Below the pieces are notes generated by a model. That model had not been told where the DNA came from. It was given only the letters and a program-made list of their open reading frames with translations, and searched no databases. Positions 6,962 to 13,034 of a stretch of 13,034 nt of DNA are shown one piece after another. Made by a program: the position numbers and the translations under genes. The DNA lies in the NCBI GenBank assembly GCA_028700875.1, contig JAQVRW010000041.1, forward strand, positions 1 through 13,034. Direction: 5' to 3'. Source of the DNA: Candidatus Zixiibacteriota bacterium (GTDB lineage Bacteria; Zixibacteria; MSB-5A5; GN15; JAAZOE01). The first letter of the stretch is position 1. The number at the start of each line of letters is the position of its first letter.

Positions 6962-7081
6962 ATAAATGTAATGGAGTTTCTCCACGAAATCTGCATAATT
7001 GAATGGTAATATAACGGGTGTGACAATCGCATTGTACGCCCCACCGGTCGTGCGCGGGAAAAAGACGATGTGGGGAGGATG
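6962..7081. repeat. Copy 2 of the ~125-bp direct repeat (palindrome variant ATGGAGTTTCTCCAC)
   Basis: Aligns with 5231-5354 in the same orientation. It lies between the rtcB stop and the promoter region of the 339-aa gene. Confidence 0.6.
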
Positions 7082-7105
7082 CCCCGGACCGGTCATCCGT
7101 GCGCG

Positions 7106-8407
7106 TCAGGTCGACGCTTTCAGGTTGTAGACCGGTCGGATCCGGTCAACGATCTCGACGCTCGGCGCAATTGCGTCGATGATGGTCTGGGCGTCTTTGT
7201 AGGCGCCCGGCGCCTCGTCGAGCGTCTCCCGTCCGACCGACGTCGTGTAAATCCCCTGCATCTGGTCCCGATACTCCTCCACGCTCAACGTCCGTTTCGC
7301 AACGCTCCGGCTCATAATTCGTCCCGCCCCGTGAGGAGCGGAACAGTTCCAGTCCACATTGCCTTTTCCCACGCCGATCAATGACCCGTCTCGCATGTTG
7401 AACGGAACGATGAGCCGGTCGTCCTGGTGGCTCCGGATCGCGCCCTTCCGGATGATCAGGTCATCGAAATCGATGAAGTTGTGCACCGACTCGATCCGGT
7501 CCACAACCATTGCATCCGGGATCGTCGCCAGGATCCGGGCAATCATGGTGTCCCGGTTCAGGGCGGCATACTGCTGGGCGAAGATCATCGCGTGGTAGTA
7601 GTCGTGCGCCTGTTGGCCTTCGAGATAGGCCAGATCTTTAGGGATTCCCAACCCGAGTTCGTCCCGCATCTTCTTGATCTCAGCCCCGATCCGGTTCCGT
7701 TCGCAGGTGGTCCGGATCGCATCCAACCGGTCCTGGTATTCGCGTTCCCGGTGTTTTCCCACCGTCTTGAGGGCGAGCCGTTGGTACGCCTCGGCAACCC
7801 GCAACCCGAAGTTGCGCGACCCGCTGTGGACGACCACCCATTTCTCACCCTGTTCACCTTCGGCGACCTCGATGAAATGGTTCCCGCCCCCGAGCGTGCC
7901 GACCGCCGCCCGGACCGCGTCCGGTTCCGCCCGCACGAAGGTGCACAATTTCTCGAACCACTCGTAGGTATACTTGACCGGTTCGATCGTGGTGTCATAC
8001 GTTGCGGCAAACCGGTCGCGGAACCGGTATCCGATCTCATTGACCAATTTCCAGTCGAACCCGTGTTTCAGGTTGACGACCGCGTGGCCATGCACGTTGA
8101 ACCCGACCGGTACCGCTTTACGAACGGATCGGTCGAGCGTCGCGTAATCGATATCGATATCGCCGATGTTGACCGCGGTGATCCCGCAGCCGACATCGAC
8201 CCCGATGGTGTTGGGGATCACTTTGTCGCCGAGCGGCATGGTGAACCCGATAACGCTCCCTTTCCCGGCATGCGTGTCGGGCATGATGGCAACCGGGTTG
8301 GTAAACGCCGGGTGGTTGACGAACGTGCGAATCTGCGCAATACACTCCTCCTCCACGTCGTCGATCATCACCCGGGCGGTCGTATATTTTCCGGATATTT
8401 CGAACAT
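7106..8407 (-). CDS. rtcB: RtcB-family RNA ligase (3'-phosphate/5'-hydroxyl RNA-splicing ligase), short form (433 aa)
   Basis: Hallmark RtcB motifs MPDTHAGKG, GVDVGCG (metal-binding Cys) and GTLGGGNHFIE (Asn-His pair), with conserved His residues further on. An SD-like GGTGA lies upstream of the start. Confidence 0.9.
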   Translation of the reverse strand: MFEISGKYTTARVMIDDVEEECIAQIRTFVNHPAFTNPVAIMPDTHAGKGSVIGFTMPLGDKVIPNTIGVDVGCGITAVNIGDIDIDYATLDRSVRKAVPVGFNVHGHAVVNLKHGFDWKLVNEIGYRFRDRFAATYDTTIEPVKYTYEWFEKLCTFVRAEPDAVRAAVGTLGGGNHFIEVAEGEQGEKWVVVHSGSRNFGLRVAEAYQRLALKTVGKHREREYQDRLDAIRTTCERNRIGAEIKKMRDELGLGIPKDLAYLEGQQAHDYYHAMIFAQQYAALNRDTMIARILATIPDAMVVDRIESVHNFIDFDDLIIRKGAIRSHQDDRLIVPFNMRDGSLIGVGKGNVDWNCSAPHGAGRIMSRSVAKRTLSVEEYRDQMQGIYTTSVGRETLDEAPGAYKDAQTIIDAIAPSVEIVDRIRPVYNLKAST

Positions 8408-8627
8408 CTTCTCACCTTAATCTATGTGGTTGTACTACAGATGTGCATATAGGTATATAATGGTATGGTTTGGTCCAATCGAAGCGAGAACCGATCGGCG
8501 ATTACCCGGTCGCCCGGGTTCAGCCGATGCAACAATCGCTCGGGGCGGTCCCAAAGATTGATTATGATCAAACGACAACCAGCCTCTACGAATGTCGTTC
8601 AACCTGTATGACATCGGGAGTTGATCT
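8408..8627. promoter_or_regulatory. Divergent intergenic promoter region between rtcB and the rmlD-like gene
   Basis: AT-rich TATA-like elements (tatataat near 8450, ttaatctat) between divergently oriented genes. A GGGAG SD-like element precedes the 8628 ATG. Confidence 0.3.
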
Positions 8628-9527
8628 ATGTCACGAGTTCTTGTATTGGGAGCGACCGGGATGTTGGGCCACACTCTCTGTCGCGTGCTGGCGCAACGCC
8701 ACGGTGTGGTCGGCACGGTCCGGGGACATGCCAAAGACTACCGGTCGCCGTTGCTGGAGGTGCCGCTCTACAGTTATGTCGATATCAATAATCTGAACAG
8801 CGTTGCCGGCGCCATCCAGATGATCAATCCGGATATCGTAATCAACGCGATCGAGATGAGCAAACCCACCCTGGACGCGTCAAATCAGGACCAGACAATC
8901 GCCGTCAACAGTCTACTGCCGCACAAACTGGCAAAATATTGCCAGTATCATGGCGCCAAACTGATCCATCTCAGCAGCGACCGGGTCTTCGCTGGCACCC
9001 GGGGAAACTATGACGAGACCAGTTGTCCGGACGCGACCGATTGGTATGGCCGGACGAAATCGCTTGGCGACGTGTGGAACGACCACGACCTCACCCTCCG
9101 AGTCTCGTACATCGGGCACGAACTCTATCTGCCTGGTCCCGCACGCTACCCGAAAAAGACCGGGTTGCTCGACTGGTTCCTGCGGCAGACCTGGGCTCCG
9201 GTCCCCGGCTTCACGCAGGCGTTTTTCAGCGGGATGACGACGACCGCGGTGGCCCGGACCATCGATACGATCATCACTGACAACCCGGACCTGACGGGCC
9301 TCTACCACGTTGCGGGGCCGAAAATCTCCAAACACGATCTCCTCACCCTGATCAACGACCGGTTCAAGATCCATGCGACCATCGAGCCGGCACCCGGGTT
9401 CGTGATCGATCAGAGTCTGAACGACGACCGGTTCCGGGCCGCCACGAAGATCGAGAAGCCTACATGGCCGGAGATGATTGATGATCTGTATGCCGAACAG
9501 TTCTTGTATACGGCGGCACAACCATGA
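8628..9527 (+). CDS. NAD(P)-dependent sugar-nucleotide reductase/epimerase of the extended SDR family, RmlD-like (dTDP-4-dehydrorhamnose reductase-like)
   Basis: N-terminal Rossmann VLVLGATGMLG (GxxGxxG). HLSSDRVFAG resembles RmlD HISTDYVFDG. The catalytic YxxxK reads YGRTK. The length (299 aa) is typical of RmlD. Confidence 0.7.
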   Translation: MSRVLVLGATGMLGHTLCRVLAQRHGVVGTVRGHAKDYRSPLLEVPLYSYVDINNLNSVAGAIQMINPDIVINAIEMSKPTLDASNQDQTIAVNSLLPHKLAKYCQYHGAKLIHLSSDRVFAGTRGNYDETSCPDATDWYGRTKSLGDVWNDHDLTLRVSYIGHELYLPGPARYPKKTGLLDWFLRQTWAPVPGFTQAFFSGMTTTAVARTIDTIITDNPDLTGLYHVAGPKISKHDLLTLINDRFKIHATIEPAPGFVIDQSLNDDRFRAATKIEKPTWPEMIDDLYAEQFLYTAAQP

Positions 9528-10000
9528 CACGTATTGACACCGTACAGAAGAGGAAAGCGTTTGAGAAAGTGTCGAGTCTTGGCGACATTCTGTTTGGGAG
9601 ACGGGAGTATCGCGACTACCACAAACTTCGAGTGGAGTTGTTGCGCATTCTCGTTCACATGGATCCGGCCACCCAACAGGCGTTCAGGCAAGAGATGCCG
9701 AGGAGTCGGGGCGGGAGCCGGCGTCTGTATGACGACGTTATTGCGCTGGTCGAGGTCTCGAACCTGTCCCCCGACGACCGAGCGGTGTATATCACATTAG
9801 ACAACCTTGCTTACACTTGCGATCGGTATGGCGACGATCCGAAGACCTTTGGTCGCATGCATGCTTCAATTGCCCGTGACTATAAGAAGGTACAGCCGTC
9901 TCTTGCGACAATGATGGCAAAATCATCGTCGCTCCTCAAAGACGATATCGAATCGCGAATGATCAGTATCGACAGTTATCTTGCGCGTATGGTGGGCTGA
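9524..10000 (+). CDS. Hypothetical protein (158 aa) translationally coupled to the rmlD-like gene
   Basis: Its ATG overlaps the stop of the upstream gene (ATGA at 9524-9527). The composition is protein-like, and I recognise no motif. Confidence 0.55.
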   Translation: MTRIDTVQKRKAFEKVSSLGDILFGRREYRDYHKLRVELLRILVHMDPATQQAFRQEMPRSRGGSRRLYDDVIALVEVSNLSPDDRAVYITLDNLAYTCDRYGDDPKTFGRMHASIARDYKKVQPSLATMMAKSSSLLKDDIESRMISIDSYLARMVG

Positions 10001-10002
10001 GC

Positions 10003-10185
10003 ATGGTGGTGCCGGGAAAATGTAACAATCTGGCGGTGGTGGCGAGCATTCTCCTGATCTTCGGTGGGGTCATGGTGGCAGTCCTCACTGAGTATGGAGT
10101 GGTCGGGATTGCCATCATATTCTTCGGGTTTACTATCTGGAGGATTGACGGAGTTGTCGATTTCTGTTCGGACGTGGAATCGTGA
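10003..10185 (+). CDS. Small hydrophobic protein (60 aa) with two predicted TM segments
   Basis: Starts 2 nt after the stop of the preceding ORF. The segments LAVVASILLIFGGVMVAVL and VVGIAIIFFGFTIW are strongly hydrophobic. Confidence 0.4.
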   Translation: MVVPGKCNNLAVVASILLIFGGVMVAVLTEYGVVGIAIIFFGFTIWRIDGVVDFCSDVES

Positions 10186-10342
10186 TCCAGCGGAAACCGG
10201 GAGGAGGGTACAGGTTCCTCTCGAACCCGGATGTTCGTGGATCCGGGACGGATGCAGGTGGCGGGTGCCGAACGGCCGCGTCACCGGGCGCCGATCGGAA
10301 GTGCCGGTGGAACACCGGTTATAATTATAGGGGGAAGAAATC

Positions 10343-10492
10343 ATGCGCATAGAAGAACCGGTGGTTGTCGTTTCGGGATTGCAGAACGGGTTTCAGAAAC
10401 AGCGGACGTTCCGCGGCCCCACGGCGCCGGGGGATGCCGTTGCCTGGATTCGTGGAAAAGAACGGGCGACGATTAAAGTAGTGTTTGCGTAG
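10343..10492 (+). CDS. Small ORF (49 aa; MRIEEPVVVVSGLQNGFQKQRTFRGPTAPGDAVAWIRGKERATIKVVFA) with a strong SD and a 3' hairpin
   Basis: GGGGGAAG lies 7 nt upstream of the ATG, preceded by ttataattata. The stop codon is embedded in a terminator-like hairpin. The ORF is below the size cutoff of the supplied ORF track. Confidence 0.35.
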   Translation: MRIEEPVVVVSGLQNGFQKQRTFRGPTAPGDAVAWIRGKERATIKVVFA

Positions 10493-10508
10493 GGGGATTT
10501 CCCTACGC
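10487..10508. terminator. Hairpin gcgtaggg-ggattt-ccctacgc between convergent ORFs, followed by a T-rich tract
   Basis: A perfect 8-bp stem seen directly in the sequence. The downstream sequence is cgtttgttcgatgtt. Confidence 0.4.
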
Positions 10509-10769
10509 CGTTTGTTCGATGTTGCGAAACGTCACCAGCCAATAGCCGAGGGCACAGTCCTCGACGACATCGGAGGTGGGCACCACGCTCGCACTTCCAC
10601 GCACATTTGTATTGCTAAACGTTTGCAGCCCATGGTGGGCAGTCATTATGACAATACACTGGTCGTTCTCAAGTCGATCGACGGCGTCCGGCAAATAATC
10701 GGCCAGCACCTCGTCCACGGTCATCTCCCCGTAAGCAAAATCAACAAGATCCGTTTTGTGTATCCACAT
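10503..10769 (-). CDS. Hypothetical acidic protein (88 aa)
   Basis: Of the two overlapping ORFs here, the minus-strand one (MWIHKTDLVDFAYGEMTVDEVLADYLPDAVDRLEND...) has the more protein-like composition. The plus-strand 10485..10895 ORF is Arg/His-rich and shadow-like. Confidence 0.35.
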   Translation of the reverse strand: MWIHKTDLVDFAYGEMTVDEVLADYLPDAVDRLENDQCIVIMTAHHGLQTFSNTNVRGSASVVPTSDVVEDCALGYWLVTFRNIEQTA

Positions 10770-10952
10770 GCTATCGGCTCTCCAACCAATTCGATATCAC
10801 ACAATGGCTCGTTGGACAAACGGGTCCGTCTCGGCCGTCTGTTCACCGAGAGAACAGAGTATTGGTCACCGAAGTATATAAACGTTGTCGGTTGAATAAT
10901 TGAGAAACGTTACCACATAACAGAAAATAGGGCGTTGACGTATGACGGGTTG

Positions 10953-11333
10953 TCAACCAACAACATTGTAATCGTCCAATACGGTTGGAAAACTCCCGTC
11001 TTGTGGTTGATGTGTCGTCACGTTGACCGATACCGGATACGTGATATTCTCCACCGTCACCGATGTGGGATCCCACCGTTTCGCTGGGCCTGTCCACTGG
11101 ACCTCCAGACGAACTCCGGGGTGCAGACCGGTCAGGGTGAACTTGTCGATCCCGGTGACCTTCCACAGCGTTCCCCGGGTATCTTCGACGATGGTTCCCG
11201 CAATTCCTCTGATGGTGATCGTCTCGGTATGGACCTCGGTGAGTTCGGTATGCAGAGGGATACCGAGGAAATATACTACGGCTACCAGAATTACGACCGC
11301 AAGAATGCCGTCAAGAGAAATATCGTCAGACAT
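10953..11333 (-). CDS. Hypothetical membrane-anchored protein (126 aa; N-terminal TM helix plus a beta-rich extracytoplasmic domain)
   Basis: An internal ATG (11331-11333) of the 204-aa ORF yields MSDDISLDGILAVVILVAVVYFLGIPL.... This ATG overlaps the stop of the upstream macro-domain gene (ATGTCTGA), which implies coupled translation. Confidence 0.55.
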   Translation of the reverse strand: MSDDISLDGILAVVILVAVVYFLGIPLHTELTEVHTETITIRGIAGTIVEDTRGTLWKVTGIDKFTLTGLHPGVRLEVQWTGPAKRWDPTSVTVENITYPVSVNVTTHQPQDGSFPTVLDDYNVVG

Positions 11334-11763
11334 TGCAATTGCCTCGTTCGACGGGCATCCAGACCTCGTGCCGGTTGTCGAGCATATCGTCCAACACCGC
11401 CAACACCTCGTCCTGGTTGAGACCACCGAGCCCGGCGCCGAGCAACGGAAATGCGGCGGGAACATCGATGAACTTGTTGTAGAAGGCAAGCCCACTGCTG
11501 ATAAGGCTGATATCGGACCGATCCCGCCAGTGGTGTTTCGTCGGGAACAGCACGACGTCCGGCCCATTTTCGTTTTTCCAGAGCAGGGGGCGACCCAGGG
11601 TCAAGAGGTTGGCACGACACGCCGCCTGGTATGCGGGCAGCATGGCGGGAAACCGGCGTCAGAACTGGAGGGCAAGCCCGGCCCCCATGACTCCGACACA
11701 GTTGACCGGGTTGACCAACACCGGTTTGGTGCTCGCGAAGATATCTCCGTAGTTGATCTGCAT
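11326..11763 (-). pseudogene. DarG/TARG1-like macro domain (ADP-ribosylglycohydrolase family) interrupted by an in-frame TGA at codon 35
   Basis: The minus-strand translation reads MQINYGDIFASTKPVLVNPVNCVGVMGAGLALQF*RRFPAMLPAYQAACRAN...VVLFPTKHHWRDRSDISLISSGLAFYNKFIDVPAAFPLLGAGLGGLNQDEVLAVLDDML.... This matches the DarG N-terminal macro-domain pattern (VNtVNtVGVMGKGIALqFKrrFPenY..Y..AC; iNFPTKkHWR; iaiPpLGaGnGGL). The TGA sits where a Lys/Arg is conserved (QF[K/R]RRFP), and CGA to TGA at a CpG is a single transition. The DarG sequence is recalled from memory. Confidence 0.7.
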
Positions 11764-11798
11764 ATCGAATGGTTGTAGGTGAGAGAAGATAAGCGTAT

Positions 11799-12530
11799 GG
11801 TTCCATTGGAACCCGCCACGAGGCCACACTTTCCTATCGATCCGGGATCCCGGGTAATCATCGAGGGTAGGGCGAATTGGCCACGGTAAATGCGCTGATC
11901 GGCCGGTGCCACTGGAGATTGCAAAATGGTCCAGTGGAAGTCTCTACAGATTACGACGGATAGGCGAAATGCCGACCGTTCCGGTGACATCTCCATCGAC
12001 GATCCCGGGGCTTCGTGAGCAGCAGATCCGCAATCGCGCTTCCGATGGAACTCATCTACGGGGTTTGAAGACGGGAATTACCGATTCATCCGGTTTTCAG
12101 AAGAATTCTACCGGAAGGGAGGGGGGAGGCCGCACCTTCCGAAGGAGGGTGAAATGGGAAGATACCCCGGGTATCTTCCAAATTTCTGATAAAATGGATT
12201 GTTGTTGAGGTATGCAACTCATGGTAGATAAAGGTGCCGGCCACCTCGGATCCGGGCACCGGGGATACCTTTTTTTCCGGGTTGGAGTGGAAGGTGCGGC
12301 CTCCCCCCTCCCTTCCGCTCGACGTTTCTTCTGCATCTACAATTTTTCCACTGGAACCACTCAGATGCAGTTTTTGGTCGTGGAATGGCAAATGCAGCCT
12401 CACCGTCTCTTCTCTTCGATGCCCATTCCTCGGTGGATCGTTCCATGGGAACTGACAAAACTCCATTCGAAACCCCTAAATAGGTTGTGGACAATCTCTG
12501 ATCGTGACCCCCGACTCCATCCGAGACGAA
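11799..12530. other. Candidate replication origin (oriC) upstream of orc1/cdc6, with ORB-like elements, inverted repeats and an AT-rich candidate unwinding element
   Basis: Mini-ORB-like cores: GTTCCATTGGAAC (11799-11811), CCACTGGAG...TCCAGTGGAAG (11908-11940), TTCCACTGGAA (12346-12356) and GTTCCATGGGAAC (12440-12452). The canonical archaeal mini-ORB is TCCAGTGGAAAC. The AT-rich segment 12180-12232 has about 33% GC. The region sits directly 5' of orc1/cdc6. Confidence 0.65.
12113..12316. repeat. Perfect 28-bp inverted repeat (ggaagggaggggggaggccgcaccttcc, at 12113-12140 and 12289-12316) with G-strings, flanking a 23-bp palindrome and the AT-rich stretch
   Basis: An exact reverse-complement match seen directly in the sequence. 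An inner palindrome ggaagataccccgggtatcttcc lies at 12157-12179. G-runs are reminiscent of the ORB G-string. Confidence 0.7.
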
Positions 12531-13034
12531 ATGCGGCACCGGATCGCGACCGCCCGGCAGGCGGCTTCCTCGATCTTCACCGATCCCAACGCACTCTCGA
12601 ACGAATACGTGCCGACCCACCTGATCGCCCGGGACGACCAGATCCTCGACGTCCTGGACATCTTCCTCCCGACGTTCCGCACCGGCGCCAAGATTCGGAA
12701 CCACATCATCCTCGGTCCCACCGGGTGCGGGAAGACCGTGGTCGCTCGCTACGTGATGCGATTCGTTAACGACGAGATTGCTACCGAAGCCGAGACGGCG
12801 CCGGCGGACAAACCGACGATCCGCCCAATCTACGTCCTGTGCCGGGACAACCGGACCAAAGTATCTATCTTGATCAGCATCATCACCGATCTCGACCCGA
12901 CGAGCAAATTTATCAATCGCGGGATCCGGTACGACGAATACGTGGCCGAGATGGTCCGGCTCATCAATCGGCTTAACGTCAGTCTGGTCATCCTCTTCGA
13001 CGAGATTGATCAGGCCAATCCTGCAGAAATGTCC
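12531..13034 (+). CDS. cdc6: Orc1/Cdc6 origin-recognition AAA+ ATPase (N-terminal 168 aa; continues beyond the window)
   Basis: EYVPTHLIARDDQILDVLDIFLP fits the Orc1/Cdc6 N-terminal pattern. Walker A is GPTGCGKT. Walker B is LVILFDEID. The frame is open to the window end, and an in-frame TAA lies at 12477-12479 upstream. ATG 12531 is preferred, with GTG 12504 a possible alternative. Confidence 0.9.
   Translation, partial: MRHRIATARQAASSIFTDPNALSNEYVPTHLIARDDQILDVLDIFLPTFRTGAKIRNHIILGPTGCGKTVVARYVMRFVNDEIATEAETAPADKPTIRPIYVLCRDNRTKVSILISIITDLDPTSKFINRGIRYDEYVAEMVRLINRLNVSLVILFDEIDQANPAEMS

Noticed and set aside
7427-8452. 341-aa plus-strand ORF (and the 7585..8040 minus-strand ORF) overlapping rtcB
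   Set aside because: The opposite-strand frame encodes an unmistakable RtcB with all hallmark motifs. The ORF itself is Arg/Pro/Asp-rich low-complexity sequence, so it is shadow ORFs.
10485-10895. 136-aa plus-strand ORF
   Set aside because: Arg/His-rich with poor composition. It overlaps the terminator hairpin and the better-looking 88-aa minus-strand ORF, so it is kept only as an alternative.
11659-11661. In-frame TGA in the macro-domain gene interpreted as selenocysteine
   Set aside because: The aligned position is a conserved Lys/Arg in the macro-domain loop, not a redox-active Cys/Sec site. No SECIS-like 3' structure is apparent. Nonsense mutation at a CpG, or a sequencing error, is more parsimonious.
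11291-11827. 178-aa minus-strand ORF and 251-aa plus-strand ORF (11023..11778) overlapping the macro-domain and membrane-protein genes
   Set aside because: Arg/Pro-rich with no motifs. The alternative frame gives a full-length macro-domain alignment and a clean TM anchor.
11764-12110. Search for a DarT (DUF4433) toxin gene upstream of the DarG-like macro domain
   Set aside because: All three minus-strand frames upstream were translated by eye. The only ORF (11601..11996) lacks DarT-like motifs, and the region is occupied by origin repeats, so no darT is called.
12086-12769. ORFs 12086..12466 (-), 12212..12769 (+) and 12219..12704 (-) across the origin and the orc1 start
   Set aside because: They span the perfect inverted repeats and ORB elements of a non-coding origin, in frames different from the Orc1/Cdc6 ORF, which has clear Walker A and B motifs.
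1-13034. tRNA, rRNA and CRISPR scan
   Set aside because: No T-loop-like GGTTCGAATCC/GTTCAAATCC motifs in a cloverleaf context were seen. No regularly spaced identical short repeats with unique spacers were found. The only periodic array (2444-2608) has degenerate 41-bp units with no spacer-like unique inserts.

Overview
This looks like an archaeal chromosomal segment, probably from a methanogen-like euryarchaeon, with roughly 55-60% GC. The 3' end holds a replication origin next to a partial orc1/cdc6 gene (12531 to the window edge). The origin (about 11800-12530) carries mini-ORB-like elements, a perfect 28-bp inverted repeat, a 23-bp palindrome and an AT-rich candidate unwinding element. 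Reading left to right, the window contains: the 3' end of a LAGLIDADG homing-endonuclease gene; a solo IS200/IS605-family tnpB-like gene whose RuvC-II glutamate and zinc-finger cysteines appear lost, followed by a large imperfect hairpin; a 41-bp-periodic repeat array in front of a MerR-like HTH gene; a flotillin/SPFH gene with a small upstream ORF; a compositionally distinct low-GC two-gene cassette (339-aa unknown plus 159-aa two-TM protein) bracketed by diverged ~125-bp direct repeats; an RtcB RNA ligase; an RmlD-like SDR operon with two overlapping downstream ORFs; several small ORFs; and a DarG/TARG1-like macro-domain gene interrupted by an in-frame TGA and translationally coupled to a membrane-anchored protein. 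I found no tRNA, rRNA or CRISPR array. The strongest candidates for something new are the low-GC cassette next to RtcB and the apparently nuclease-dead TnpB-like protein with its hairpin and downstream repeat array.
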